DNA of 64,000 bases from an uncultured Verrucomicrobiae bacterium. GTDB taxonomy: Bacteria; Verrucomicrobiota; Verrucomicrobiia; Limisphaerales; JAFGQR01. The position numbers and the translations under genes are program-made. The stretch spans positions 96,001 to 160,000 of the forward strand of contig CAWBHS010000062.1 in assembly GCA_963788655.1 (NCBI GenBank), written 5' to 3'. Shown in pieces: positions 28,664-40,946 of this stretch. How positions within the stretch are numbered: the first letter of the stretch is position 1; each line of letters begins with the position of its first letter. A model generated the notes under the pieces. That model had not been told where the DNA came from and searched no databases. It was given only the letters and a program-made list of their open reading frames with translations.

Positions 28664-31600
28664 ATGCATGGGCCGGAACAACAACTGCGTTTGCTTACCG
28701 CCGCCGATTGTGAAGTGCGCTTTGACAATCTCACGCGGCAGCTTTACGCCACCGACGCTTCGATTTACCAGGTCGAACCGCTGGGCGTGGCTTTTCCGCG
28801 AAGTGCCGCGCAGGCGGCCTCGGTGATTCAGGCAGCGGCTGAGGCGGGCGTATCGGTCATTCCCCGGGGCGCCGGCAGCGGATTGGTCGGTGGGGCAATT
28901 GGCCATGGCTTGGTGGTCGAGTTTTCCCGCTACAATCGGCAGATCACCGATCTGAACCTGGAGCAGCGCACGGTGAACGTGGGCGCCGGAGTAGGTACTG
29001 GACCAGTTGAACGCGTTCCTCAAACCGCACGGCTACGGTTTCGGCCCGGACGTGGCCACCAGTTCGCGCGCTACGTTGGGCGGCATGATTGCCAACGATT
29101 CCTCCGGCGCGCGGACGCCGGTTTACGGCACCACCGCCGAGCATGTGCGATCGCTCGAATTGGTGCTGGCGGATGGCCGGGTGGAAACCACCGGCTCACA
29201 CGGCGGCACGTTGGCGCCGCTGCGAGAATTCGCCGACCAATTGATACGCCACCATGCTGCCGCCATCGCCGAACGGATGCCCGCCGGGGTTGTTGAAACG
29301 CTGGCCGGGCTACGGCATCAGCCGGTTGTTGCGGGAACCGGGTAACTTGCACCACGTGCTGGCGGGTAGCGAAGGCACGCTGGCAGCCATCATGTCGGCG
29401 GAACTCCGAATCGTTCCTTTACCCCGTGCAAAAGGGCCTCGGCGTCGTGTTCTTCGCTTCGATTGCCGAAGCCATGCAGGCCACGGTGGAATTGCTCGAA
29501 CTCAAACCCGCGGCCATCGAGCACGTGGATCGGGTGTTGTTCGATCAAACGCGCGGCCAGCTTCAATTCCAGGCCGCGCGCGATCTTCTCGAATTGGAGG
29601 CCAAGCCGTGCGAGGCCTTTTTGATCGTCGAATTCTACGACGAAGCGACCGAACGATTGCAGGCGCTGGCGAAAAAGAAACTGGGTTTGCGCACCCGGCT
29701 CGTAAATACCCCTGCGGAAATGGATCTCGTTTGGGGTTTGCGCAAGGCCGGGCTCACTTTGTTGACCGGTCGTCCCGGGCCCGCCAAGCCGGTGACGGGC
29801 ATTGAGGATGCCGCCATTCCGCCCAAGCATTTGCCCGAATATGTTGCCGGGTTGCAATCCCTGCTTAAACCGTTGGCCGTGACCGCTTGCTTCTACGGTC
29901 ATGCGGCTGCGGGGTTGCTCCACGTGCGGCCCGTGCTCGATTTGCACCAGGCGGAGGACTTGCGGAAGTTCCGTCAAATCGCGGACGAGGTTGCCGCGCT
30001 GGTACGGCAATTCAAAGGTTCCCTCTCCGGAGAACACGGCGTTGGCATGGCGCGCACGGAATACTTGCGCGAACAACTGGGCGCGGAAGTCTTCAGGGTG
30101 ATGCGCGAGATCAAGCGAACATTTGATCCGCGGAACGTCTTTAATCCGGGCAAGGTGGTGGGGACGGATGAGGAAGAGGTCGAGGCGGATGCGGGCTTTG
30201 CGAGCGGTTCCAAGGCTTCTGCCGACGAGACGTCGGCACAAACGACGGACAGAGCGTGTTCCGCTACGGACGGAAGTCGGACGGCGCAGCGCCTGTTCCA
30301 AACTGCCGGCAAGATGCCGGCAGCACGTTGGGCGGACTACCGGATTGATCGGCATCTGCGGATGGGCGCGGGTTACGAGTTGAAGCTGCCATTCGAACCG
30401 GAGTTGGCGTTCGCCGCCAAAGACCACTCGTTCGTTGGCAACCTGGAGCAGTGCAATGGGTGCGGTGGCTGCCGCAAGGAAACGCCCACCATGTGTCCGA
30501 CGTTTGTCGCCACCGGCGAGGAAATCATGTCCACGCGCGGCCGGGCCAACACGATTCGCGCCGTGCTGGAACAACGCGGCCTCACCGGCGTAGATCCGTT
30601 GCAGTCGGCAGAGTTGGAAGCCGCCCTAAGCAATTGTCTCTCGTGCAAAGCCTGCACCAAAGAATGCCCGTCCAATGTAAACCTGGCCTTGCTCAAGGCG
30701 GAATTGCGGTACGCGCGGCACCGACGCGATGGTCTGCCACTGCGGGTGCGGTTGATCAGTGCGGTGGACTTGCTGGGCCGGTGGGGGTGCCGGATGCCCG
30801 CGTTGGCCAATGCCGCCCTGCGTTGGCGGTGGCTGCGCTGGCTGATGGAGAAGACATTGGGATTCTCGGCGCAACGCTCGTTGCCCACCTACGCAGCGGA
30901 ACGGTTTGATGATTGGTTTGCCCGCCGGACCGCCACGCCGCCAGCGCATCGCGGCCCGGTCATTTTGTGGGATGACACGTTTGTGCGTTACCATGAACCG
31001 CACATCGGCCAAGCGGCGGTGGCCGTGCTGGAAGCGGCCGGCTTTGAAGTGATCCTGCCGCGAGGCCGCCAATGTTGCGGTCGGCCCGCGTTCAGCCAGG
31101 GAAACTTGGACGAAGTGAGGCGGCTCGGGCGGCACAATCTGGATTTGCTGAAAGACCCGGCCACTGAAAGCGGCAACGGGACTCGGCGGAAAATGCTTGA
31201 AGGCAGTACCGGCCAAATCGCTGGCATCCTCGGGAAGGCCGACGTGCCCATTGTGTTTCTCGAACCGTCCTGCTGGGCCATGTTCAAGGAAGATTACCGG
31301 GAATTGAAATTGGCCGGGGCAGACCAAGTAAGCCCGCGGTGTTTCCTGTTCGAACAGTTTATCGAGGATCTGCTAAGCCGCGAACCGGAGGCTTTACGGT
31401 TCAATCAAGTGCCGGGAACCATTGCCATCCACGCGCATTGCCACGCGAAATCATTGATGAATCCCGCCTTTATGGCCCAGTTGGCGCGCCGTTTGCCAGC
31501 GCGTAACGTAACGCTGCTGGACACCGGCTGTTGTGGCATGGCGGGCGCCTTCGGCACCCTGGCCGCCAAGTATGAACTCTCCCGGATGGTCGCGCAACCG

Positions 31601-31744
31601 CTGGTGGACCTGCTTCAACAGCAACCCGCGGGCAGCGAAATTGTGGCTTCCGGCACCAGTTGCCGTCACCAAATCAGCGATCTCACCCCGGCGCATCCCA
31701 AGCACTTGGCGGAGGTGCTGGCCGCCGCACTGGCGGCCGATTAG
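28664..31744 (+). CDS. FAD-linked oxidase / (Fe-S)-binding protein (YdiJ/GlcD-GlcF fusion type); frameshifts near 28995, 29285, 29430
   Basis: YATDASIY, PRGAGSGLVG, ATLGGMIAND, GSEGTLA, SGEHGVG, CNGCGGC, CLSCKACTKECP, CCGRP, CCGMAG. Confidence 0.9.
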
Positions 31745-31895
31745 CGCGAGGTACTGTTCCTTTATCCGCGCGAACGTCCGGCTCGAAACGCGAAGGTGGG
31801 CGTCCGTAGTGCCAGGATTCAGAAACCTGGATTCCAGCGACGAAAAATGTTTGCTTGATGTTCAAGCTCATGCGATAACGTCGAGACCGTTGACG

Positions 31896-32465
31896 ATGAA
31901 GAAGCACCGAACTCAAAACCAGAAAGCGACGCTTGTGAAAAATTTGCTCGTTACCCTTGCGGCCGGATGCCTGTTGGCCGGTTGTACTTCCCAGCCAAAG
32001 ACCCCGGTTACGTCGTATTACGACATGGCCGGACTGCGCACGGATTTGCTGTCTGAAAACCAGTTGCCGTCCCCGGTCAATCCCCCCCGGGAAGTGGTGT
32101 GGCTGAATGCCTCGCGCATTTACAAAACCCACAATGATTCGGTCTATTATTTGGAAGTCGAGTACATGGCCAAGGAACAGACCGGCCTGTTGGACATTCC
32201 TTATGGCCAGACGTTGACGCTCATTCTCGACGGCAAGACGATTAAACTGAGCGGGGCGGGCAGTGTCAATTTGCGGCAGGCCACGGACAATGGTTTCGTG
32301 CGGGAGCGGGCGCTGTACGAAGTCACGCGTGACCAGTTGCAGAAAATCGCCGGGGCCAAGAAGGTCGAAGTCCAGATCAAAGGCAACAACGGGTTGCTCG
32401 TCCGTGAATTCGGGCCGGAGAACTACCGGAAGTTCCGGTTGTTCGTGATCACCTACGCCGGTTAG
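31896..32465 (+). CDS. Putative lipoprotein
   Basis: Lipobox LLAGC after a hydrophobic stretch. Confidence 0.75.
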   Translation: MKKHRTQNQKATLVKNLLVTLAAGCLLAGCTSQPKTPVTSYYDMAGLRTDLLSENQLPSPVNPPREVVWLNASRIYKTHNDSVYYLEVEYMAKEQTGLLDIPYGQTLTLILDGKTIKLSGAGSVNLRQATDNGFVRERALYEVTRDQLQKIAGAKKVEVQIKGNNGLLVREFGPENYRKFRLFVITYAG

Positions 32466-32573
32466 GCCGCACCCGACCACTTACGTCGAGCGACCAAACG
32501 ACCCGCATTTGCAACTGAGCCGCGACCGCGAGGGAGCACGGAAGTGGTGCTTTGTCTCCCGTCCGTAACCTCG

Positions 32574-33239
32574 TTAAAGCTCCGAGTCTTTGAACGATTG
32601 GACCCGATAGATGGAGATCTGTGCTGCTGGTGTTCGCCAATCCGAGGCGGCGCATCCGGCCTTCACGGCCAGGCGGTTGAGGAAATCCACTTTGTCCGGC
32701 AACTGCTGCCAGACTTGCGGCAGAAACGTGGCCCGGTATTCCCCGAGGCGCAGCACCACGCCGGTTTCGTGAGGCCGCAGTTGTTCCAGCAGTTCTTCCG
32801 GGGAACGAAACGTCAGCAATTTCGGTTCGGTCAAAATGCTGATTTCAATCTCCAGTTCCGGCAACTCCCCTGCCTCAACCGGCGCAAACCGAGGATCCCG
32901 CCGCGCCGCACCGCGTGTGTTGTGCAGCACGGCTTGGAACAAAGGCTCTTCGGGCATGATCAGCCCGATGCATCCCCGTAACTTCCCGCGCTTGGTCAGC
33001 GTAACAAAACAACCTTTCGGCTCGGCCAGTTTGGGAGGGACATCGCCGGCGGCGACTTGGGGAAGCTGACCCTGCGTCACCACTTCCTGCAACGCCTGTT
33101 TCGCCAAGGCCATCAAAAATTGCTTCTCAGCGGCGGAGTAATCAAATGGCGGGGTTTCCTGGTAACCCTCCGTGGTCGCGTCGCCGGACAACCCCCGGAG
33201 CTGGTCACGCGTTTCCTTTCCATTGCTTCGAAATTCCAT
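32574..33239 (-). CDS. amrA: AMMECR1-domain protein (AmmeMemoRadiSam system protein A); start uncertain
   Basis: GCFVTLTKRGKLRGCIG, AARRDPRF, EISILT, ATFLPQVW. Confidence 0.85.
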   Translation of the reverse strand: MEFRSNGKETRDQLRGLSGDATTEGYQETPPFDYSAAEKQFLMALAKQALQEVVTQGQLPQVAAGDVPPKLAEPKGCFVTLTKRGKLRGCIGLIMPEEPLFQAVLHNTRGAARRDPRFAPVEAGELPELEIEISILTEPKLLTFRSPEELLEQLRPHETGVVLRLGEYRATFLPQVWQQLPDKVDFLNRLAVKAGCAASDWRTPAAQISIYRVQSFKDSEL

Positions 33240-33426
33240 AAATCCACACTTCCAGTCTGCGGACGCCTCATGTTCCGCCCGAAGCGGACCATTGTCCGCG
33301 GCTTGGTGGCGCAAGAATCACTCAAGGCTCCATTTAATAAGCCGCTTTGCGAAAACGGGCATCCGCATTATTGCCTGTGCTTTGCCAGACTAATCAGTGA
33401 ATGGGGCGGGCGCAAACGACGATTTA

Positions 33427-33698
33427 GAGCCTGTTTTAAAATTGGGCGAGGTCCTGCGGCGAAGGATTTTGGACGCGGGCGAGGCGGCGAGGTCCGCGCA
33501 TCCCCGCAGCGGGCTGTAAGGATCGAGCCAACGAAGCCCGCGTTCAAAAGACCCGCCGCCCTTCGGGTTTTCGCGGAAAAGGCCGGCTGGCTTCGTTGCT
33601 CCTCGCTTACAGACCACTGCGGGTATGCGCGTTCGTCGCGCCTCGCCAGCCGGCCTTTTCCGCGAAAACAGGATCACGCCGAATTTTAAAACAGGCTC
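33427..33698. mobile_element. MITE (272 bp) with IS5-family-like termini
   Basis: Terminal inverted repeats GAGCCTGTTTTAAAATT; TTA direct repeat on both sides; no transposase. Confidence 0.85.
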
Positions 33699-33719
33699 TT
33701 AAGGGCGGCACTTTCCGGG

Positions 33720-34160
33720 TCATGGCGGCGAAGCTTTCGATGGAGGGGCGGGAGGCAGATTGGTTTTGTCCAGCCCGCCCCATTTTTCTTGTAGCTCGGC
33801 GGCCAGTTGGCGCGCGCGTTGGATCGAGGATTCCGCGCGCTTTTCCATTTCCCGGCGAACGGTCCAATGATAACGCCAGATCAGGTTATTCGGGAGATTG
33901 GCGCTCGGATCGACGAGCATCACCGTCCGCTGCCAGTCTTCGATCAGGCGCTTGTTGGATAGCTGGTGAAGGTTGAACAACAGGTAATTGTAGAGGACGC
34001 GCGCTTCGTTGGTGTATCCGCCGGTTTGCAGCAGAATGAATGCTTCCCGAATTTCAGTGTGGCGGGATGGTCCCGACCGGGCAATCACCAGCCAAAGACT
34101 GCAGCCGAGCAATAACCCGGCGAGTCCGAACACAAACCAGCGCTGGCGCCACAATCGCAT
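33720..34160 (-). CDS. Hypothetical membrane-anchored protein
   Basis: N-terminal hydrophobic helix followed by a helical soluble region. Confidence 0.6.
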   Translation of the reverse strand: MRLWRQRWFVFGLAGLLLGCSLWLVIARSGPSRHTEIREAFILLQTGGYTNEARVLYNYLLFNLHQLSNKRLIEDWQRTVMLVDPSANLPNNLIWRYHWTVRREMEKRAESSIQRARQLAAELQEKWGGLDKTNLPPAPPSKASPP

Positions 34161-34308
34161 GGGACGGATTTACTCCAAGGTGGGACGTGTTGCAACGATC
34201 AAGACCGTCGCGCGGCGCTCGAAAACTCCAAAAATCGAAATCTGGCATCCCGTCTCCCGCCTTCAACCTCAGCGCCCCCGCTCGATGGCTCCGTTTCGCT
34301 CCCGCCCG

Positions 34309-35619
34309 CTATGGCACCTCGGCGGCCCGGTAAAACCGCTGCGACCGGCCGGTCACCAATGGATCCACCAACTCAATCGGACCCGGTTGCGGCGGATTGG
34401 TGTAAATTGGCAACCAATCAAGCAAGTTGGTCGAGGCGTACAAGATCACGGGCTTCACCGCTGACACGCCGGTCAATTGCAGGTGCATCGCCCCGCCGAC
34501 AAGCTGTGCTTGAGCCGGATCAAACCGCAGCACACCCGAACCGCTGTCCACGGAGACGGTGAGCGAAGCCGAGCTGCTTCCGCCCGGCCCAGTGATGTCC
34601 AGGAAGACAGGGTAAATTCCTGAATTTGTGAACACGTGATAAGGGCTGCGTTCGGTCGAAGGCATTCCGTCCCTAAAATCCCAATTCCAATTGGTAGCGC
34701 CGATGCTCATGTCCGTAAACCAAAGCCCCAACGGCGCCGTGCCAAAACCCGCCGAACTCACATAGGACGCTACGGGCGTGGTGGCAGCTTTCGCCCACAA
34801 TCGATGCGGCTGATCGTAGCCGCGAATTTCCCTGATCGTTTCGCCCGGATGCGCCGCGTTCCATTGGATGGTTTGCCCCGCAATCGTTAGGCTGGAAACG
34901 GTCCAGACATCATTCAACCTTCCTTCGTAATACTGCGAATCATCCATCCAGACCGCGTTCAGCGGATCATAAACTGCATATCCGACGCGTTTGTGTCCGA
35001 GCGAAAACTGCCCCAGGTTATTGACCTGCCACGCCACAAGGCCGTCAGCAGCGATCAAATTGGTCACGCCCCAATAGCTGAGCGCCGTTCCCTCGTATAA
35101 ACGACGGCGCTCCTGCCAGGCGCCCTGAGCCGGATCATAGACAGCGCAGCCCAGCTCGTTGTCCCAGAGCGGCAACGTCCCGCCGCCTTCCGCGCGCCAG
35201 GCCACCACCCCGCCGGCAACCGTCAGAGTCGGAATGGTCCAATAGTTGAGAGAATTGCCTTCGTAACGCCACGTCCGCTCGCGCCAGGACCGGCGATTGG
35301 GATCATACACAGCGCAACCCAACTCCGTGTCATGCGACGCGAATTGTCCGGACGCACTGGCCACCCAAGTGATAATTCCGTCCGTGACCGTCAAACCTGC
35401 GATGACCCAGAACGATGAAACGTTACCTGCGTACTGTCGGGTTGCCGACATCCACGTGTTCAATGCCGTATCATACACTTCATAGCGCACCGTGACCGAG
35501 TAACCATTGGTTACCAGGAACGTCTGAACCGAGGTCAACGGGGCCTGGAATCCCAAGCCGCAATGGACGCCGCCGAACGTCGCCAAGAGCAACGCCACGT
35601 TGGATACAACACGATTCAT
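34309..35619 (-). CDS. Secreted repeat protein with PKD domain and C-terminal FYR-type domain
   Basis: About four ~55 aa repeats (G.AVYDP....W......YEG....YW....LT...G.VAW); PKD motif FTDMS...WNWDF.DG...SPYHVF; QRFYRAAE end. Confidence 0.8.
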   Translation of the reverse strand: MNRVVSNVALLLATFGGVHCGLGFQAPLTSVQTFLVTNGYSVTVRYEVYDTALNTWMSATRQYAGNVSSFWVIAGLTVTDGIITWVASASGQFASHDTELGCAVYDPNRRSWRERTWRYEGNSLNYWTIPTLTVAGGVVAWRAEGGGTLPLWDNELGCAVYDPAQGAWQERRRLYEGTALSYWGVTNLIAADGLVAWQVNNLGQFSLGHKRVGYAVYDPLNAVWMDDSQYYEGRLNDVWTVSSLTIAGQTIQWNAAHPGETIREIRGYDQPHRLWAKAATTPVASYVSSAGFGTAPLGLWFTDMSIGATNWNWDFRDGMPSTERSPYHVFTNSGIYPVFLDITGPGGSSSASLTVSVDSGSGVLRFDPAQAQLVGGAMHLQLTGVSAVKPVILYASTNLLDWLPIYTNPPQPGPIELVDPLVTGRSQRFYRAAEVP

Positions 35620-35893
35620 GCTTGCGCCGAGCTTTCGCAATTTCATCGCCTGACGCAAGATTATCCCTCCGCGGAGCGCCCGCCCCGGGTGGCTCCGCTA
35701 AAGGGAGGCCATCGAACTGCGAATTTGAATTGCAAAAGCAATCGGAATTCAACACCGGAATTCGACACCGGTTGGCGAGGCGCCAACCAATGCGCCCGAA
35801 GCGGGCGCGCTCCCCGACTTGCGTCGTTGAGGTTAACGGCGATGAATTCCGTTCGCCTAATCAGGTCGCGAGGGATTAGCTTGCCGCGGACAA

Positions 35894-36839
35894 ATGACCA
35901 CTGTTACCACTGGCGCATCAGCTTTGCGGGTGTCGCGGCCTTGCCCGGTTTGCGACGCCACGGAGGCGGTGCCGTGGCTGGACAAAGGAGAGCTTCATCT
36001 CGTCAACTGCCGCCAGTGCGCCATGGTGTATGCGGACCCGGTCGATTCTGATTTGGCTTCCGGAGAATTCTACGATCGATTGGCCACCCCGTTTTACTTG
36101 GCGCCCGAAAAGCTGGAAAGCGATTACGCACCGGTTCGGTTTGCGCGTGAGCTACGGTTGTTTCGGCAGCATTGTCGCCAAGGCGCGGTGTTGGACGTGG
36201 GTTGTTCCACCGGAGCGTTCCTGCACCAGTTGCAAGCACGCTGGCCAAGTCAATACAGGGTTGTTGGCACGGATGTGGCAATCGAAGCCTTGAACCATGC
36301 CGAAAGCCGAGGTGTCGCGGTGATTCGCTCCCCCTTTCTGGACCACGATTTTGGCGCCGCCCAGTACCGATGCCATCACCTTCTGGGCGGTAATGGAACA
36401 TCTGATTGCGCCGAAACGTTTCCTGCACCGGGCGGCCATGCTGCTCCGCCCGGGTGGCTGCTGCTTTGTCCTGGTGCCCAACTTGCGCTCGTTGGCGGTC
36501 ATCCTTTTGGGAGCCAATTACCGTTACCTCATGCCCGATCACGTGAATTACTTCAGCGCCTCGACCCTCAGGAAACTTGCGGCCACGGAACCTTCTTTGG
36601 GCCTGGTGGCGCTACACTCAACCCATTTCAATCCGGTGGTCATCTGGCAGGATCAACGGCACCCGGCGACGAGTGTTTCGCCAGCGGAGCGAGCCGATTT
36701 ATTGCAGCGAACCACCCGCTGGAAGCAGAATCCTTGGCTGGCGCCATTGCGATTGGCCTACGCCGCGGTTGAACGGGGGCTGGGCCGTTTGGGATTGGCC
36801 GACAACCTCGTTATCGTGTTGCGCAAAAGATCGCTGTGA
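35894..36839 (+). CDS. Class I SAM-dependent methyltransferase with N-terminal Zn ribbon (frameshift near 36360)
   Basis: CPVC...CRQC; VLDVGCSTGAF; DAITFWAVMEH; PDHVNYF. Confidence 0.85.
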
Positions 36840-36932
36840 CGGTTCTGTAGGACAGGCGTCCCGCCGGTCGCGGACACCCGGAAACCGGGTGCTTATTATT
36901 GCCACTTGCTGCGGCCAACAACCGGCAATACG

Positions 36933-37078
36933 TCGCGGAGCGTTTGGAGCGCGGAACTTGCTCCCGCTTTCGAAAAGCATAAGGCTCCCGAAAGAAATGG
37001 TCGCGCTTGTCAGTTTCGATCCCCTGCTCCCCCGACGAAAGCGCCGGCAAGCCGGACGCACTCCAAACGCTGGCGCGA
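36933..37078. repeat. REP-like element (cgtttggagtgcg / cgcactccaaacgctggcgcg family)
   Basis: Same arms recur at ~40726-40872 and ~43945-44050. Confidence 0.75.
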
Positions 37079-37089
37079 CCAAGCTAACT

Positions 37090-37734
37090 TTATTCTGCCC
37101 GCGTCTTGGAATCCTTTTTGGCCAAATACAAATCGAGGGCGCGGGAGAGGGTTGAAAGGAACGCCACTTGTTTGCGGTTGCGGGCCATGCGCAGCACGTA
37201 CCATACGACCACGAACATCCCGACCAACCAAATGACCCCAGCGAGGCGGTTGGTTATGCCCGCCGGCAAGAGCCCAAGGAACAAGTCGGAAAACAGCTTC
37301 CCCAGATTGTCCCCCGAAACCATCTTGATCAAGCCCCACCAGACCGTGACGGCCCCCATCAGCACCGCCGCCGTGCCGAACACTGACCGGCCCAAGATGG
37401 CCGCGGGGTGCCGATCCCCAGTAAGCCCGCCAAGCTCCAAACCGGTCAGCTTGTGGAACCGGCGCAAGTCTTCCGTTTCCAGCGAACCGAAATAATCCCA
37501 AAGCGCCACCAACGCCGGAGCATCCTCGTAAAACGCGCTTTCAAACTTCTGATACATGGCCGGTTTCCCGCGCTCGTCCCGGTAGTATTCCTCCACGGCG
37601 CCGCGAATCTGCTGAACGTCGGCATGGCGTTCGGATATCCGATTGGCTTGGAGATGCCCGCGCGCCTCATCGAGAAATTGCAGGAAACGCCTGAGTTCGG
37701 CGATCCGGGGATTGCTGGACATAGTTGGAGGCAT
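37090..37734 (-). CDS. Hypothetical membrane protein
   Basis: 214 aa ORF with 2-3 hydrophobic segments. Confidence 0.65.
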   Translation of the reverse strand: MPPTMSSNPRIAELRRFLQFLDEARGHLQANRISERHADVQQIRGAVEEYYRDERGKPAMYQKFESAFYEDAPALVALWDYFGSLETEDLRRFHKLTGLELGGLTGDRHPAAILGRSVFGTAAVLMGAVTVWWGLIKMVSGDNLGKLFSDLFLGLLPAGITNRLAGVIWLVGMFVVVWYVLRMARNRKQVAFLSTLSRALDLYLAKKDSKTRAE

Positions 37735-37972
37735 ACGCTGAGTGTTAGTCCGCTATTAACATCGATTGTTCTAACGTTTATCAACAAACGTAATCCACCG
37801 TCAAGATCCCAATTACGCTGGCAAACGAGGAAATAGCTGGCCGCAAGAACAAGTTAATGTTCATTGATCCCGGCCGCGTGATGCCCCCCCCACGTGCGCG
37901 ACGTCAAACCGGTGGGTTACTGATGAGAGCTTGGGATGGACTATGCATGGTGACATTCAATCGGCTCCTTCT

Positions 37973-38106
37973 CCCTCACCCTAACCCGCTCCCCAAGGAG
38001 AGGGAACCGATGGAGCTGCCGCTACGGAAACCAAGGGACATCGTGTTTTCAGAAGTCCGGTCATCGATTCTCCCTCTCCCTGGGGGAGAGGGCCGGGGTG
38101 AGGGGA
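37973..38106. repeat. REP-like element (ccctcaccc...ggagaggg family)
   Basis: ccctcaccctaacccgctccccaaggagaggg ... ccctctccctgggggagagggccggggtgagggg. Confidence 0.75.
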
Positions 38107-38528
38107 AACAAAACCATCGGTTAATCCAAAGTGTCTTCCATCCAGTCAACTGCACAGTAAGAAGGGTGTTTCCAGTGTTCTGATCCAAGGGTCCACAAAA
38201 CGGTTGAGCGTGCCGCCCCGCGCAGCTAGCAAGTTCAACAACCTGATGAAACAGATGGAAGCCGCATTACTGCCCGTTGCCGCTAATGACGAGCCTCGCC
38301 TTGCACGGCAAGACGATCGCACTGCCGCCCCAGAAATACGCTGGAGCTTGTGGGTGCCACTTGCGATTCTCCGGACGTTAGTGCCGGCAATGCTTGGCGC
38401 GCTTGTTGGCATGCTGGACCTCGGGGCATGCCCATCACGATCCCTGGCCCGAACAACTCCGGTTGGCCCGGGCCGTTCGGGAACATGCCCGGGCGCATCC
38501 CCGCCCCTCGATTCGTCGCGGGCACCCA

Positions 38529-38798
38529 ATGATCGACCGGTTGATCCTCATTCCGTACGGCTTCTTCCTGGTCCTCGAATCTCCCCTGAACCGAAGGCAT
38601 CCCTGGGACTTGTGGTGGATTCGTGATCTGGATCGCTTCGGACAAAATGAAGCCTCCCAACGTTACCGCCGCCTGATGCGCGCCGCTTTTGAACAAATCG
38701 ATGAAGCCTTTGACCGGGGTGAATCGTTCGACATCGCGGTGGATGATGATACTCCCCCGGTCGGTTATCGCTCCGTGATCCGCGTTTCCGATGAGTGA
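38529..38798 (+). CDS. Small hypothetical protein (89 aa)
   Basis: ATG overlaps the TGA of an upstream short frame; protein-like composition. Confidence 0.35.
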   Translation: MIDRLILIPYGFFLVLESPLNRRHPWDLWWIRDLDRFGQNEASQRYRRLMRAAFEQIDEAFDRGESFDIAVDDDTPPVGYRSVIRVSDE

Positions 38799-39080
38799 AG
38801 GACTTGCCGCGGCGAAGCTCCGACAAGGCCGTAGGGGGGCCGAAGCCGTTGCCAATCCGCAAGGCCCAGTATGGTGACCGCTTCGTTCGTGCTACCCGTG
38901 CCATCAGTGCGAGGACTGGCGACGGGATGATTTGGCGAAACAAATTTCCAGCTCCAGCGCTTGCTTCCTTCGGAACGGGTAAAACAGGAACAGTGGCGCG
39001 GCACTTTTGTTGAAATCTGCGATTGACTGGCTCCCTTGCTCTGAGGATGCTCAGCGCCACAAGCGTTTTCACGTCACGTT

Positions 39081-40646
39081 ATGGCAAAAATTCAACGCGC
39101 ATTATTGTCGGTTTTTGATAAGACCGGTCTGTTACCCTTTGCCCAGATTCTCGCCCGGGCGGGGATCGAGCTGATTTCCACTGGCGGCACCGCCCGCACC
39201 CTGCGGGAAGGCGGCTTGACCGTCACGGATCTGAGCGCTTACACCGGCTTTCCGGAAATGCTCGATGGCCGTGTGAAGACGCTGCACCCGAAAGTCCACG
39301 GCGGTTTGCTCTACATCCGCGGCAAGGCCGAACACGAGGAAGCCATCAAAACACACGGCATCGGCCCGATCGACCTGGTGGTGGTCAACCTGTATCCCTT
39401 CGAGCAAACCATCGCCCGCCCGGACGTGACCATCGCCGAGGCCATCGAGAACATCGACATCGGCGGACCGTCCATGTTGCGCAGTGCGGCCAAGAACCAC
39501 GATAGCGTGACGGTGGTCGTTGATCCCATGGATTACGCCGAAGTGGCCGATCAGGTTCAGGCAAATGGCGAAACTAATTTGGACCTGCGCCGCAAACTGG
39601 CGGTCAAAGTGTTTTGCCGAACGTCCGCTTATGACGGCGCCATTTCGGGCCATCTCTGCCAAGTGTTTGGCATGCGTCCCCCCCGCGACCCGGAGATTAC
39701 CCTGCCGCCGCAGTTGCACATCGAAGCGCCCCTGGCCCAATCGTTGCGCTACGGCGAGAATCCGCACCAGAAGGCCGCGCTCTACGGTTGTTTCCCAAAG
39801 TTTTACCAGCAGCTCCACGGCAAGGAGCTTTCCTACAACAACATCCTCGATTTGACCGCGGCGGCGCATTTGATCGCCGAGTTCAAGGACGATCCCCCGA
39901 CCCTGGCCATCCTCAAGCACACCAATCCGTGCGGGGTCGGGCAAGGTGCCAATTTGCGGGAGGCGTGGGACAAGGCCTTTGCCACGGACAAACAGGCGCC
40001 GTTCGGCGGCATCATCACCGTCAACCGCCCGCTGGACCTGCCCTGCGCTGAAGCGATTGCCGAGATTTTCAGCGAAGTCATCGTGGCGCCTGAGTTCACT
40101 CCGGAAGCAGCCGCGTTACTGCAAAAGAAAAAGAACCTGCGGCTGATCAAAGTGCTTCAAAGTCCGTCCAAGGCCTCGAGCTTCGATCTGCGCAGTGTGG
40201 GCGCTGAATCGTTCCTGTTGCAGGAGCGCGACGCCCAACCCAGCAAGCGCGCCGATTGGAAAGTCGTGACGCGCCGCCAACCCACCGAGGCCGAAATGCA
40301 GGCCATGTGTTTCGGCTGGCGCGTGGTCAAGCACATCAAGTCCAACGCCATCGTCTATGTGGGGCCGGATCGCACCCTGGGCCTGGGCGCGGGCCAGATG
40401 AGCCGTGTCGATGCCAGCCGGATTGCGGTATGGAAAGCGGGCGAAGCGGGACTGCCGCTGACCGGTAGTGTCGTTTGCAGTGATGCGTTTTTCCCGTTTC
40501 CCGACGGACTGGTGGCCGCGGCCCAGGCCGGTGCCACCGCCGCCATCCAACCGGGCGGATCGGTGCGCGACACGGAAGTCATTGCCGCCGCCGACCAGCA
40601 TAACGTGGCCATGGTGTTCACCGGCCGGCGACACTTCCGGCACTGA
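39081..40646 (+). CDS. purH: Bifunctional AICAR transformylase / IMP cyclohydrolase
   Basis: [47 protein letters not shown]. Confidence 0.98.
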   Translation: MAKIQRALLSVFDKTGLLPFAQILARAGIELISTGGTARTLREGGLTVTDLSAYTGFPEMLDGRVKTLHPKVHGGLLYIRGKAEHEEAIKTHGIGPIDLVVVNLYPFEQTIARPDVTIAEAIENIDIGGPSMLRSAAKNHDSVTVVVDPMDYAEVADQVQANGETNLDLRRKLAVKVFCRTSAYDGAISGHLCQVFGMRPPRDPEITLPPQLHIEAPLAQSLRYGENPHQKAALYGCFPKFYQQLHGKELSYNNILDLTAAAHLIAEFKDDPPTLAILKHTNPCGVGQGANLREAWDKAFATDKQAPFGGIITVNRPLDLPCAEAIAEIFSEVIVAPEFTPEAAALLQKKKNLRLIKVLQSPSKASSFDLRSVGAESFLLQERDAQPSKRADWKVVTRRQPTEAEMQAMCFGWRVVKHIKSNAIVYVGPDRTLGLGAGQMSRVDASRIAVWKAGEAGLPLTGSVVCSDAFFPFPDGLVAAAQAGATAAIQPGGSVRDTEVIAAADQHNVAMVFTGRRHFRH

Positions 40647-40946
40647 ACGCGCGGCCGGACTGCTTTCCAAACCGAAGGCTCGACCAGTCGCTGATCAAGG
40701 TTACTTTGGTACGGCTGCCGATAGGTCGCGCCAGCGTTTGGAGTGCGTCCGGCTTGCCGGCGCTATCGCAAGGAGAAGTAACTTCCTAAACGTTTTGTAG
40801 GCTGTGAGGTCTGTGCGCCCCCGACAACGAAGAAAGCGGGAGCAAGCTCCGCACACTCCAAACGCTGGCGCGACATTTGAAGGTGGATTTAGCGCTGGCG
40901 GCCCTCCGAACGGTACAGGACAATTAGAACCCACATTCCGAATCCC

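Noticed and set aside
38200..38798. Possible orphan toxin-tip/immunity pair
   Set aside because: Only an ATGA overlap supports it; no recognisable motif.
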